Source of the DNA: Eledone cirrhosa
Taxonomy: Eukaryota
Direction of reading: 5' to 3'
Length of the DNA: 64,000 nt
Assembly: GCA_964016885.1 (NCBI GenBank)
Contig: OZ024759.1
Span: 21,328,001 to 21,392,000, forward strand
Positions 39,290-53,497 of the stretch are shown here, piece after piece. The notes under the pieces are model-generated. The model searched no databases. It worked only from the letters and a program-made list of their open reading frames with translations, and was not told where the DNA came from. Every line of letters starts with the position of its first letter. Position 1 is the stretch's first letter. The position numbers and the translations under genes are program-made.

Positions 39290-39603
39290 CAAATATACAC
39301 ACCATACACATATATACAGTTCAGAAGGTATTTAATTCTAAAGAAAGCAGCGATTATAACGCGATTCATTGTTATTATATTTTTATTGATATTTAGTTTT
39401 ATTGATATTCATCGATATTGCTTTTGCTATGGTCCGTATATTATTATATTATTGTCTTATTAATACAAATGGATATAGCATTCACCGACATACTTGTCTA
39501 ATAACAATGTATGTATTATTATTAATGGCGACAGCACGTATACTACGTATGGGCAGATAAATTGATAGGTATATATGTATATTCACATATATATATATGT
39601 ATG

Positions 39604-39640
<37 letters not shown>

Positions 39641-39713
39641 TTATATATTTATATATGTCTATATATATATATATAAATATGTATGTATATATATATATTT
39701 ATATATATATGTC

Positions 39714-39744
<31 letters not shown>

Positions 39745-39870
39745 GTCTATATATATTTATATATATATATATATATATATATGTCTATATATATATATTT
39801 ATATATATATGTCTGTATATATAAATATGTATGTATATATATATATATATAAAAATATGTATGTATATAA

Positions 39871-39966
<96 letters not shown>

Positions 39967-40020
39967 ATACATATATATAGAGATATAGATATGTATGTAT
40001 ATATATATAAATATGTATGT

Positions 40021-40052
<32 letters not shown>

Positions 40053-40141
40053 GTATGTATATAAATATATATGTTTGTATGTATATAAATATATATATGA
40101 ATATAAATATTTGTGTGTATATATAAATATTTATTTATATA

Positions 40142-40177
<36 letters not shown>

Positions 40178-40299
40178 GTGAGAGGGTTCGAGAGAGAGAC
40201 TCTTAGATAGCTAGGTATAGATAGATAGATATTATTTAAATACATAGATGGGCTTACATATAAGTATACAGGCAGATTAGTTGATAAATCATACTTAAT

Positions 40300-40367
<68 letters not shown>

Positions 40368-40514
40368 CATATATATATATATAGACATATATATATATAT
40401 ATGTGATAGAGAGAGGGCGAAGAAGGGAATTAAAAAACAGCAGGACAAAATATTGTAGAAATTGAAAATATTGCTTTAACGCTCTTGAAAAATGATACAA
40501 ATTGAATATATTTC

Positions 40515-40553
40515 ATATTTAAAGTTTCGGACGTACTCCTTCTTCGGAATATA
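40515..40553 (-). ncRNA. Degenerate minimal hammerhead-like motif
   Basis: AUAUU-CCGAAGA-a-GGA-guacg-UCC-GAAA-CUUUA|AAUAU (U4C change). AGCGTTAA lies about 37 nt downstream. Confidence 0.5.
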
Positions 40554-40593
40554 TTAGAGATTCTATGCAAGGATTATAAAAGAAACGTGACCT

Positions 40594-40648
<55 letters not shown>

Positions 40649-40713
40649 ATATATATATGTTATATATATGTTATATATATATATGTTATATATATATATG
40701 TTATATATATATG

Positions 40714-40758
<45 letters not shown>

Positions 40759-40809
40759 ATATATATATACGATATTAACAAATGGAAACTATATTTATAA
40801 AACCATATT

Positions 40810-40874
40810 TATTTCATTATACATATTTCAAGGACACCAAGTTAAATTTTGGTGTGCTTTCTTCAGATAAAATA
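40810..40874 (-). ncRNA. Type-I hammerhead ribozyme motif, family E3
   Basis: UAUUUUAU-CUGAAGA-AAGcACACCAA..UUGGUGUcCUU-GAAA-UAUGUAUA|AUGAAAUA, with compensatory changes relative to the other copies. Confidence 0.8.
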
Positions 40875-40953
40875 TAATATAGAGCAGTTTTATAAATAAA
40901 TATTGACATACCCTTAAAGAATGCGACCATTACTGTTGGAAGCTCCCGGATAG

Positions 40954-40994
<41 letters not shown>

Positions 40995-40997
<3 letters not shown>

Positions 40998-41335
40998 TCG
41001 TCCCACGGTATTCGCGGAGTTTGTGTTCCTAGAGCACCCGCGAAGAGTGAAAATCCGCGAATATTTGACGTGGTCCATAAAAATACCTATAAACTTCTAA
41101 ACATAACCTAAAATATAATATAAAAAGAGGGAACGTCTTATACGAAGAGGGGTCCAATAGGCCAGAAAATACGAGATATTGTTATTAATAATTTAGCGTT
41201 AAAAAGCATGAACAAATATATATTGCCACGAAAAAAGCCATTAAAAAATCGCGAAAGATATTTACGATTTCGCGAATATACGCTGGATAGATTCTAAGAA
41301 AAAAATCCGGGACCAGGAATGCCGGGTGTACACTG
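40995..41335. mobile_element. Tigger/pogo-like MITE (decayed)
   Basis: Starts TA-CAGT and ends ACTG, with repeated cgcgaa motifs. Confidence 0.55.
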
Positions 41336-41361
41336 TGTATATATATGTGTGTGTGTGTGTG

Positions 41362-41787
41362 TAACAAAGAGGGTTTGGTAAGATACCAGGTGGACCATAA
41401 CGCACCAGAGTACTCAATATTTAGGATAGTAGAGTGGGTAATAGGAAAAGAGTCAGGACACCGACGGCTGAGCTCCGGCCGTTTCGATACGAGTTTAAAA
41501 AATGTATTCAAAGCATTAATAGAGTATAGGCATCTTTATTATATATAGAAATGACATGTACAGGACTAGAACTGTTTCATTCGTATGAAATCATCAGGAA
41601 TGACCTGATATCCATGTATCCACCCCTATGTATATATATATATATATATCAGAGAGGGTGTTGTAAGATACCAGATGGACCATAACCCACCAGAGAACTC
41701 AATACTTAGGGTAGTAGAGTGGGTAATAGGAACAAGTATGACCCCGACGGCAGAGCTCAAGCCATTTCGACGGCTAATTCTGGACTG
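41362..41787. mobile_element. Family A (41362-41490, 41652-41787) and family B HHR (41545-41605, minus) inserts
   Basis: Identity to other copies. Confidence 0.75.
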
Positions 41788-41945
41788 TATATGTATATAT
41801 TAATATCAAATTAAAAATCGGAGTTAAAGTCTCACATTATTCCCCTATAATTTAATGAACTCAAGGAATCGATTCCGGGCTCTTTATAAACCAGCTCATG
41901 ATTGAACACATATCTCCATGTGTACTTCTCTCTCTATATATATAT

Positions 41946-42045
41946 AATTGTTTCTACTTTAGGCAGAAGGCCAGCAATTATCCCAGTGCATTACTGGTAC
42001 TTTATTTTATCGACCCCGTAAGGATGAAAGGCAAAGTTAACCTCG
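41946..42045 (-). mobile_element. SINE family C 3' part
   Basis: Central domain and tail. Confidence 0.8.
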
Positions 42046-42057
42046 TAATATATATAT

Positions 42058-42094
<37 letters not shown>

Positions 42095-42119
42095 TTATGT
42101 ATGTATAAGAACAGATTAA

Positions 42120-42170
42120 AGTTTAAGTAAAGAATCGCTGCTTTCACCCTTAACGGCATCTTCTGAAACT
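42120..42170 (-). ncRNA. Degenerate hammerhead motif, family I
   Basis: AGUUU-CAGAAGA-ugCCguuaaGGgu-GAAAG...CUU|AAACU: stem I intact, U4A in the core. Confidence 0.5.
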
Positions 42171-42366
42171 ATATATATATAATCCTTATCGAGCCCTCTT
42201 CGGATTTTAGTCTTCACATTTTTATATTATTATATATACTCTCTGTTACTTTTGCCGAGATTAAGTAAATGACGTAGTCACTTCTTTAAAACTCATAGCG
42301 AATGGTCTTCTAAATGTTTTTGAATTAAACATACAGTATATTACCAAATATACTATACATACATTC

Positions 42367-42401
<35 letters not shown>

Positions 42402-42427
42402 GAATGATACATCGGACTATATATATA

Positions 42428-42772
42428 TGACCAAAAGTTTAACAAGGTTTCATTGATTAATCAATGAATAAAGTTTTACAATAGATTAGAAGCACTCAAC
42501 AGTGAGGTTTTCTGGAGTTATTAATATTACTTCAAAATATTAATAAATATAGACATTCATGTGATCAAATATATTTTATTATACATATTTCAGAGGTAGT
42601 GTGGTGTTACCTCAGTACGTAGAATTGAACCATCAGCACAGTTGACGTATGTCAGACATCAATTTATTTTATCTGATGAGGACGTACTGATGAAATAGCT
42701 CAGTACCTCTGAAATATGTATAATAAAATATATTTGATCACATGAATGTCTATATTTATTAATATTTTGAAG

Positions 42773-42777
<5 letters not shown>
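42428..42777. mobile_element. Family E1 fold-back insert: minus-strand tail (42428-42598) plus plus-strand HHR (42666-42729)
   Basis: About 42525-42598 is the reverse complement of about 42703-42777. A tail homologue lies at 18145-18262. Confidence 0.8.
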
Positions 42778-42807
<30 letters not shown>

Positions 42808-42817
<10 letters not shown>

Positions 42818-42843
42818 AAATGCTACATTGGCTAATATATGTG

Positions 42844-42876
<33 letters not shown>

Positions 42877-42965
42877 TAAATGCTACATTGGCTAATATAT
42901 GTGTGTATGTATGTATATATATGTGTGTGTGTGTGTGTGAAATGCTACATTGGCTAATATATGTG

Positions 42966-43001
<36 letters not shown>

Positions 43002-43027
43002 AAATGCTACATTGGCTAATATATGTG

Positions 43028-43061
<34 letters not shown>

Positions 43062-43143
43062 AAATGCGACATTGGCTAATATATGTGTATATATATATAT
43101 GTGTGTGTGTGTGTGTGAAATGCTACATTGGCTAATATATGTG

Positions 43144-43175
<32 letters not shown>

Positions 43176-43363
43176 AAATGCTACATTGGCTAATATATGT
43201 GTGTATATATATATATATATGTGTGTGTGTGTGAAATGCGACATTGGCTAATATATGTGTATATATATATGTGTGTGTGTGTGTGAAATGCTACATTGGC
43301 TAATATATGTGTATATATATATGTGTGTGTGTGTGTGAAATGCTACATTGGCTAATATATGTG

Positions 43364-43412
<49 letters not shown>

Positions 43413-43489
43413 TGCTACATTGGCTAATATATGTGTGTATATATATATGTGTGTGTGTGTGTGAAATGCTACATTGGCTAATATATGTG

Positions 43490-43558
<69 letters not shown>

Positions 43559-44113
43559 TGCTACATTGGCTAATATGTGTGTGTGTGTGTGTGTGTGTGA
43601 AATGCTACATTGGCTAATATATGTGTATATATATATATGTGTGTGTGTGTGTGTGAAATGCTACATTGGCTAATATATGTGTATATATATATATATATGT
43701 GTGTGTGTGTGAAATGCTACATTGGCTAATATATGTGTATATATATATGTGTGTGTGTGTGTGTGTGAAATGCTACATTGGCTAATATATGTGTATATAT
43801 ATATGTGTGTGTGTGTGTGAAATGTTACATTGGCTAATATATGTGTATATATATATGTGTGTGTGTGTGTGAAATGCTACATTGGCTAATATATGTGTAT
43901 ATATATATGTGTGTGTGTGTGTGTGTGAAATGCTACATTGGCTAATATATGTGTATATATATATGTGTGTGTGTGTGTGTGTGAAATGTTACATTGGCTA
44001 ATATATGTGTATATATGTGTGTGTGTGTGTGTGTGTGAAATGTTACATTGGCTAATATATGTGTATATATATATGTGTGTGTGTGTGAAATGCTACATTG
44101 GCTAATATATGTG

Positions 44114-44157
<44 letters not shown>

Positions 44158-44185
44158 AAATGCTACATTGGCTAATATATGTGTG

Positions 44186-44217
<32 letters not shown>

Positions 44218-44243
44218 AAATGCGACATTGGCTAATATATGTG

Positions 44244-44275
<32 letters not shown>

Positions 44276-44549
44276 AAATGCTACATTGGCTAATATATGT
44301 GTATATATATGTGTGTGTGTGTGTGTGTGAAATGCTACATTGGCTAATATATGTGTATATATATATAAATGTGTGTGTGTGTGTGATATACTACATTGGC
44401 TAATATATGTGTATATATATATATGTGTGTGTGTGTGTGAAATGTTACATTGGCTAATATATGTGTATAAATGCTACATTGGCTAATAATGTGTATATAT
44501 ATGTGTGTGTGTGTGTGTGTGTGAAATGCTACATTGGCTAATATATGTG

Positions 44550-44591
<42 letters not shown>

Positions 44592-44611
44592 AAATGCTAC
44601 ATTGGCTAATA

Positions 44612-44612
<1 letters not shown>
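42808..44612. repeat. About 1.8-kb minisatellite: GAAATGCTACATTGGCTAAT core with variable (AT)n(GT)n
   Basis: About 30 tandem units of about 50-85 bp. Confidence 0.95.
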
Positions 44613-44668
<56 letters not shown>

Positions 44669-45111
44669 GTGTGTGTGCGTGTCCATGTTTATCTAATGTA
44701 TGTCTAATCCTTTTATGAAGATGATATTTTTGTGATTTAGGCGGATATTTGGCTACTATTTCTAACAGGTCGTAGCGTCTTGTTGGCTCATAACGATGAT
44801 AGAGTCGGCAAGGAGGACTCTGATGAGGACTATGATGATAATGAAAATAATATTTGTTGGTGGGTGATTAGGATTATGATGATGATGATGATAATGGCGG
44901 CGGTGGTGTGGGGGTGGGAGGCGGCGTTAATGTTATTGTTTACTTGATAAAATATTTATCGTTCAATGGATTCTCATCCGTCATACATTATTTTACAATA
45001 TATAGTTGTGTGGTGTGTTGGTGCGGGTGTAGTGTATGTGTGTTTGCAAATGTGTATGCATGTATATACATATATAATTAATGTGTATGCATGTATATAC
45101 ATATATACATA

Positions 45112-45187
<76 letters not shown>

Positions 45188-45451
45188 AATATATTTTTAT
45201 ATGTATATATGTATATATATATTAACAAGCTCATCTGCCATTCTTTTCTTCTCTCTCGTATATGTGTGTATATATATATATGTGTGTGTGTGTGTGTGCG
45301 TGTGTGTGTATATACTGTGTGTGTGACTGTATCGTATACTATCTTACATTAAACACACGTGCACACATATTAAGAGAGGAAGTAGTGTCATATGTGTATG
45401 TATATATATATATATACACACATATATACATATTTATATAAAATATATACA

Positions 45452-45483
<32 letters not shown>

Positions 45484-45636
45484 ATATATATATATATATA
45501 AACATATATATACATATAAACATATATATACATATAAATATATATATACATATAAATATATATATATATATACATATATATATAATATATATACATATAA
45601 ATATAAATATATATATACATATAAATATATATATAC

Positions 45637-45695
<59 letters not shown>

Positions 45696-45732
45696 CAAAT
45701 ATATATATATATACAAATATATATATATATAC

Positions 45733-45794
<62 letters not shown>

Positions 45795-45812
45795 ATATAA
45801 ATATATATATAC

Positions 45813-45871
<59 letters not shown>

Positions 45872-46029
45872 CATATGTGTGTGTATTCAAAGAAGCTAGT
45901 GAACCTCTTCCTATTCAATCCCACCTCTTACCATCACCTCTCATCTCTCCTTCTTACTTTTACACGCGTTCTTAATAAATTCTTTCTTAATATGCCTTCA
46001 AACGGTTAAACACAGTTTATTACATTTAG

Positions 46030-47457
46030 GGTGGTGGTGGTGAGTGTGTGGTGGTGGTGTGTGTGGTGGTGTGTGTGGTAGTGGTGGTGGTGGTGAGTGT
46101 GTGGTGGTGGTGGTGGTGGTGTGGGTGGTGGTGTGTGTGTGTGTGTGGTGGTGGTGGTGGTGGTGGTGGTGTTGGTGTGTGGTGGTGGTGGTGGTGTTGG
46201 TGTGTGGTGGTGGTGGTGGTGGTGGTGTTGGTGTGTGTGGTGGTGGTGGTGTGTGGTGGTGGTGGTGGTGGTGGTGTTGGTGTGTGTGGTGGTGGTGGTG
46301 TGTGGTGGTGGTGGTGGTGGTTGTGGTGGTGTGTGTGGTAGTGGTGGTGGTGGTGGTGTGTGTGGTAGTGGTGGTGGTAGTGTGTGTGGTAGTGGTGGTG
46401 GTGGTGTGTGTGGTAGTGGTGGTGGTAGTGGTGGTGGTGGTAGTGTGTGTGGTGGTGGTGGTGGTGTGTGTGGTATGGTGGTGGTGGTGTGTGTGGTAGT
46501 GTGTGGTGACAGTGGTGGTTATAGTTGTGGCGTTGTTGTGGTCGTGGTGGTAGTGGTGATGGTGGTGGTTATGGTTGTGGTCGTGGTGGTGGTGGTGATG
46601 GTGGTGGTTATGGTTGTGGTCGTAGTGGTGATGGTGGTGGTCGTGGTGGTAGTGGTGATGGTGGTGGTTATGGTTGTGGTCGTGATGGTGGTGGTAGTGG
46701 TGGTGGTGGTGGTCGTCGTGATGGCGGAGGAAATAGTGGTTGGTAGTAGTGGTGGTGGAGAAGGAGATGGTAGTGATGGTGGCGGTGATAAAGAAGGTGG
46801 TTTGGTGGTGGTGGTGGTGGTGGCAGTGGTAAAGGAGAAGGCGGTGGTGGTGACTGTGGTAAAGGTGGTTGTGGTGACTGTGGTAAAGAAGGTGATGGTG
46901 GCGGTGGTAGTGGTGGCAGTGGTGAAGAAGGTTGTAGTGATGCTGCTGGTGGTGTGGTGACGGCAGTGGTACAGAAGGTGGCGATGGTAGTGGTGGCAGT
47001 GGTGAAGATGTAGGTGGTAGTGGTATAGGTGGTGGTGGTGGTGGCAGTGATGAAGATGTAGGTGGTAGTGGTGGTGGTGGCGGCAGTGATGAAGATGTAG
47101 GTAGTGGTGGTGGTGGCGGCGGCGGCAGTGAAATAGGTGGTGGTGTCGGTGGTAGTGGTGGTGGCAGTGATGAAGATGTAGGTAGTGGTGGTGGTGGCGG
47201 CGGCGGCAGTGAAATAGAAGGTGGTGGTGTCGGTGGTAGTGGTGGCAGTGATGAAGAAGTAGGTGGTAATGGTGATGGTGGTGGTGGTGGTGGTGGTGGC
47301 GGTGAAATAGAAGGTGGTAGTGGTGGTGGCAGTGATGAAGAAGTAGGTGGTAATGGTGATGGTGGTGGTGGTGGTGGCGACAGTGAAATAGAAGGTGGTA
47401 GTGGTGGTGGCAGTGATGAAGATGTAGGTGGTAATGGTGGTGGTGGTGGTGGTGGCG
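46030..47457. repeat. (GGT)n-derived low-complexity array
   Basis: Direct inspection. Confidence 0.9.
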
Positions 47458-48535
47458 CTGGAACGTTCGTTGTTCCATTATCACGCCGCAGTAAGAATCT
47501 GAATATCCCGTAACGTCCTCATCATATAAAACTGAAGACACACAACATATAGATTATCTTTAGATATCACACACCTTTGATGTTGCTTAATGGAAACATC
47601 GAAGGCTCTGCTGATAAATTATTGTGGAATATGGATATGGAGATTGGGGTGGTGGAGGGTGGGGCAGAGTGGGGAGATGGAGGTGGTGTGGTGGTTGGGT
47701 GGGGGTTTCTGTGGGGGTGGGGGTGGAGATGAAGTACTGTGGGGTGGGGTTTCTGCGGGGGATGGATGTGTGGTGGTGGTGGTGGGATGGAGATGGGGGT
47801 TTCTGCGCGGGGGTGGGGTGGAGATGGGGTAGTGGCGGTGGTGTTGGGTAGATGTGGGGGTTGTACGAGAAGGTAGTGAGATTGGGGTGGGGTGGAATGG
47901 TGGGGTGGAGGTGGATAGGATAGAGGTGTAGAGGTGTGGTGGTGGTGATTGTACGAGAAGGTAGATTGAGGTGCGGTGGTGTGGAGTAGGGTGTGAGAAA
48001 ATGGCGTGTCGGGTGGCGGGTGTTTGAGAAAATAGATTGGAGTAGGGTGTGGTGTGGATTAGAAAGGGTGGTGGGGTGAGGGAGGGGTGTGTATGGGAAG
48101 GTAGATTGGAGTGGGGGGGTTGTACGAGAAGGTAGAGTGGGGTGGAGTCGGGTATGAGAGAATGTCGTGAGTGGGGTGGTGTATGAGAAGGTGAGTAGGG
48201 TGTATAAGAAGGTAGAGTGGAGTGGGTGGGGCAAGGCGTATGAAAAGGTGGAGTGGGAGAGGGTGTATGAGAAGGTGTATATGTTTGGGGGGGGAGGTAT
48301 ATGAGAATGTTGTGGTGGGGGGCACATTAGGAGCAAATGTGATAGAGTGAGTAATATGGGGGTGAATATGGAATAATGTTAGGTGGGGGAAAGATTGGAG
48401 TGATCTGGGGGAGGGTTGGAGTAATGTGGGGGAAATACTTGTGTAATGGAGGAATATAGTGTAATATGTGTGTGGGGGGGGGTAGCCATATTGGCGTTAA
48501 TGGTGACTTTGACAACTTGAAAACGGTATTTTGTA

Positions 48536-48780
48536 TATGGTATGGTATGGTATGGTATCGTATCATATCGTATCGTAAGGTATGGTATGGTATGGTATGA
48601 TATGGTATTGTATCGTATCGTATAGTATGGTTTAGTATGGTATGGTGTGGTATAGTATGGTTTAGTATGGTATGGTATCGTATCGTATCGTATCGTAAAG
48701 TATAGTATGGTATGGTATAGTATGGTATGGTGTGGTATCGTAAGGTATGGTATGGTATCGTATCGTATGGTATCGTATGG
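48536..48780. repeat. (TATGG/TATCG)n pentanucleotide repeat
   Basis: Direct inspection. Confidence 0.9.
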
Positions 48781-48969
48781 TCCCATAACTCCTGATAGAG
48801 AGGTGACGGACGGAAGTTGTTCAGATTTATATATAGATGGACTTCGGAAGCAGGAAAGCTAATTTGATCCGTATTGAATTTGAACTCAAATTGTAATGAG
48901 TCTGAACAAATACCACCAGGCATTTTTTACAGATGCTCTAATGACTCTGACAATCCACCATCTTGTATA

Positions 48970-49765
48970 AGGATTGGCAGAATGGGTAGAGCGTCGAATA
49001 AAATTACATTGCTCTATTTGTTCTGGTTCTTTATATTCTGAGTTCAAATCCCACCAACGTCAACTTTGTCTTTCACCCTTCGTAGAGTCGATAAAATAAA
49101 GTACCAGTAAAGTACTGGGGTTAATTTAATCAATGCCTACTTTGCTTTTAATCCTTCGTGGGGTCGATAAATTAAAGCACCCGGCACGTACTGGGGTTAA
49201 TTTAATCAACTTTCCACTACCCCCAAAAATGTCTTGCCTTGTATCAAAAATAAAAATCAATATTTTTGCTTCTTAATGGCGATTGATTGGAAGAATCGGT
49301 AGCGCGCCGGATAAAATTCGTTATTGTATTTCATTTGTCCTCTACGCTTTGGTTTCGAATCTCGCCAGAGCCAACTTTACCTTTTTATCCTCCCGGGGGT
49401 CGATAAAATAAAGTACCAGTCATGTACTGGGGTTGATTTAATCACCGTCAATTTTACCTTTTTTCTTCCTGGGGGTCGATACAAATAAAGTAGCAGTCAA
49501 GTACTGGGTTGAGTTAATCAACGCCAACTTGACCTTTCTTCCTCCTGGGGGTCGATAAAAATAAAGTACCAGTGAAGTACTGGGGTTGATATAATCAATG
49601 TTAGCTTTATCTTTCACCCTATCTGAGGTCGATAAAATAAAGTATCAGTGAAGTACTGGGGTAGATAAATTAACTTTGTCCTCCTTTTCACTCCCCTCCA
49701 CCCACCCCCACACACACACCCCACAAAAGAAAATTTGCTGCCCTCGTGCCTAAATTAAAAATCAA
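48970..49765 (+). mobile_element. Old SINE C-related copies with tandemly reiterated central domain
   Basis: The motif gtcgataaaataaagtaccagt.a.gtactgggg appears 6 times. Confidence 0.75.
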
Positions 49766-50784
49766 TACTCGGTATTAAATAAAACTCAGTTTCCCAGTGT
49801 ACTCCTCCCTTCCAGCCCCTCTACCAAGTTCTACCCCCCTTCCCACGACACCACGACACCACCCCCACCATACCACCACCATACCACCACAAACCCCACC
49901 ATACCATCAGAACCCCCACCATACCACCACTACACAACCCCATCACACTACCACACCACACCACGCACACCCACCACCACTACACCACCACCCCACAGCA
50001 CCACCATCGCCAAACCACCATAACAACCCCAACCATTACACCACTACACCACCACAACAACAACATTTACCTCAGCCACCACCACCCACCACAACCCACA
50101 CCACTACACCACAACCCACACCACTACACCACCACCACTACTACACCACCACTACATCCCCACCACCACTACACCACACCACCACTACAACCCTTCGCAC
50201 CCACAGCACCCCACCACACACCCCACACCCCCACCCACCTCACGCCCCATACCGCCCACCACCAACCACCACAACCCCCACACATACACCCACACCACCC
50301 CACCACCATCCCTAGTACAATAAATCAGAAGCCAGCCTTATATGGTGCTGTCGTGTTAACCAATACAGCTAACAATGCAATAAACCGAACGATGTTGGCG
50401 ACTATCACCAATGCCTTGTTCCCTATATTTATTGCATTCATTTCACAGCTCGTCTTTTTTTAACATTTCATTTCATTACATTTACATTTCATTCTTCTAA
50501 TTGTAACTAGATTTTCTCCTTTGGTTTCTATATTTGGTTTTGGTGGCGGTGGTGGTGATGGTGGTGGTGTTATTGCTGTTGTTGTTGTGGCGGCTGTGGT
50601 GGTGGGGGTTGTGGTGGTGGCGTTTTTGTTGGTGGTGGTTATAGTGGTGGTGGTGTTGTTGGTGGTGGTGGTGGTGATTGTGTTTTGTTGATGTGGTGGT
50701 TGTTGTTGTTGTTGACGTTGTTATTGTCTTCTCGCTCCTATTTATTTGCTGTTTCGTGAAAGTTAATTATTCATCTATGAAGAC

Positions 50785-50940
50785 ACGTGCTATAGTGGCT
50801 AAGGTGTTAAACATACGATCGTAGGGTTGGGAGTTCGATTCACAAAGCGGGTGGCGAGATGTGTGCTTCAGCAAGATACTTTATTTCTCATTATTCCACT
50901 TCATTGTGTCCTTGAGCAAGATTTTATTTCACCTTGCTGC
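50785..50940 (+). mobile_element. Diverged CORE-type SINE (family D-like)
   Basis: GGAGTTCGATTC and gtgtccttgagcaaga. Confidence 0.55.
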
Positions 50941-51027
50941 AGTCGACTGGTATATATATGTGTGTGTGTCAGTATTATATACACGTATATAACGAGATCT
51001 CTCTGGATTTCGGTTTTTCCATTTATT

Positions 51028-51061
<34 letters not shown>

Positions 51062-51160
51062 CCCGGGTTCAATCGGGGGTAACCACCCTCAATACATAGC
51101 AGAGTATGATGATTTCTTCTGAATGAAACAGTTCTAGTTCTGTAGAATCCATATCTATAT
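51062..51160. mobile_element. Family B rearranged fragment
   Basis: An inverted tail joined to UGAUGA...GAAACAG...CUGUA|GAAUC. Confidence 0.7.
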
Positions 51161-51167
51161 ATTGATA

Positions 51168-51278
<111 letters not shown>

Positions 51279-51317
51279 AGAAAATGCAAAGTAGTTTCAA
51301 ATCCTTTATTGATAAGG

Positions 51318-51390
51318 CTGTGATACATATTTCAATGGCGATAGTGGCCACGTGATTCCGCGTTAGCAGTGCCATAATCTCATCAGACAG
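51318..51390 (-). ncRNA. Type-I hammerhead ribozyme motif, family E2
   Basis: CUGU-CUGAUGA-GAU...AUU-GAAA-UAUGUAUC|ACAG, then AAUAAA. Long stem II. Confidence 0.75.
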
Positions 51391-51904
51391 TATCTTACAT
51401 AAAAAGGCAATCCAAAATATATAGGTTCGGGGGCGAGGTTGTGTGGTTACTGAAAACGAAGTGCTAGAAGGTTATCGGGCCACAAACAAGAGAAGAAAAG
51501 TTTCCCTTCGTCAGCTGTTTACTACGGATCTTGGATGTTTCGGCGCTTAAAACAGAATCCGTAGCGCGCCCATGGCCTTTTATCTATCATATATATATAT
51601 ATATATTATTCAGTTGAAGAAAGCTGGTTGATCAAAAATCTGCCGACATTTTTTTAACAGATGTAAAGCACTCCACGGTTCTTGTTCATCCGGAGTTTTA
51701 TTAAAGTAATAAACAAGAAAAACAGTTTCTGGGTGGCGAAGGGAATAACACGTATACCGGTAACATTTCGATAGATATTTACATCTCGTTTGGATTTTTG
51801 TCTGAAGAGAACACTTAGGTCAGATGTTATACAACTGCCATACGTCTTTGAAATATGTATAACAAAATAAATAGGGATGTACAAATGAAACTGTATTTCT
51901 TGTT

Positions 51905-52023
<119 letters not shown>

Positions 52024-52211
52024 TATATATATATATTTATAGTAATAATAAATGTGAAGACTAAAATCCGAAGATAATCGATAAGGATAATATATATATA
52101 TATCTATATCTCTCTCTCTATATATATATAAACCCGTAGACGATTCCGTTAAGGGTGAAAGCAAGGATTCTTTGCTTAAACTGTAATCTGTTATTTTGAT
52201 ATATATATATA

Positions 52212-52266
<55 letters not shown>

Positions 52267-52305
52267 GATATTAATAAATGGAAACTATATTTATAAAACC
52301 ATATT

Positions 52306-52370
52306 TATTTCATTATACATATTTCAGGGATACCACATTAAATTATGGTATGCCTTCATCAGACAAAATA
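52306..52370 (-). ncRNA. Type-I hammerhead ribozyme motif, family E3
   Basis: UAUUUUGU-CUGAUGA-AGGcAUACCAUA..UGUGGUAUcCCU-GAAA-UAUGUAUA|AUGAAAUA. Confidence 0.8.
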
Positions 52371-52502
52371 CAATATATAACAGTTTTACAAATAGGTTTG
52401 ACGTACCCTTTTAAAATACAACCATTACTTTTGGAGGCTGTCTGGATAGACTTTTGGAGGCTGTCTGATATATATATATTTATCAAAATAACATATATTT
52501 AT

Positions 52503-52548
<46 letters not shown>

Positions 52549-53031
52549 GCATATAGTTAAACATATATATACATACATACATACATCATATATTTTTATA
52601 TATATATACATACATACACACACAAATACACATACACACACACAAACACACATACACACACACACACACATATATATATAGACTAATGTTCAAAGAGATC
52701 TTGATAAAAGTCTCTCTTCAAATTACTGACCTTGTGCCAAATGCAAAAAAACAATTATTACCTTGATTAACATATTTTTTATACACGGTAACAATTAATA
52801 GTTTATTCAGGTATTCGGCTTATGTAATAAGCTAGATGTGTATCTAACTTATTAATTAGATTGCCCTAGATCTCCTCTGCACTGCGTTACATGACACAAT
52901 ATTCATTCCATTTTATTTCTTATATGAACAAGTTCATGGCTGTAACGCCATTGTTATATTTTCATGTGGTTTGATTTGAAATATTTATATCTGTACTCAT
53001 GGATTGATATATATATATATATATCTATATA

Positions 53032-53328
53032 TATTATTTTGATCATGCCTTTATTTTTAAATTTATCTCATTCCTTGTATTTTGATCATGCTTTATTTTT
53101 TATTTTTATCTTTATTTTTTATTTCTTCATTCGCACCGTTTCCTTTCGCTATATGTCTCTCCACCACTCCCCTACACACCCTTTGAACTCTGTTCCCACA
53201 CACTTCCCACCTGAGGAAGGGCTTATGCCCGAAACGTCGTCCCCCACCAACACCCCACTCTCCAGAGCGTGAAATTAAGAAACATTTGTTGTACTGCCTC
53301 TCTGTTTTGTCCCTGTTCAAATTTTTCC

Positions 53329-53330
<2 letters not shown>
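53032..53330 (+). mobile_element. Family P Penelope-like 3' end with a minimal HHR at 53208-53242
   Basis: CUGAGGA-a-GGGC-uuau-GCCC-GAAACGUC. It differs from the 34.9-kb copy at the variable N7 position. Confidence 0.8.
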
Positions 53331-53361
<31 letters not shown>

Positions 53362-53365
53362 TTTC

Positions 53366-53439
53366 TCTTGGAAAATCACTGATGAGGGAGTAATTTTATT
53401 CATATGTAACCCATGTGCAACCACGCAGCACTCAATTCT

Positions 53440-53443
<4 letters not shown>
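53366..53443. mobile_element. Family N short insert (second copy 30752-30830)
   Basis: ttggaa.atcactgatga.gga.taa.tttattcatatgtaacccat..gcaaccacgcagcac is shared. Confidence 0.65.

Positions 53444-53497
<54 letters not shown>

Noticed and set aside
42808-44612. Constant 20-bp repeat with variable spacers resembling a CRISPR array
   Set aside because: The spacers are (AT)n(GT)n microsatellite length variants.
46519-47541. His/Thr-rich minus-strand ORF with a short unique start (LYDEDVTGYSDSYCGV) after a possible splice acceptor
   Set aside because: Only about 85 bp is non-repetitive, with no recognisable domain or partner exons. An exon cannot be excluded but is unsupported.
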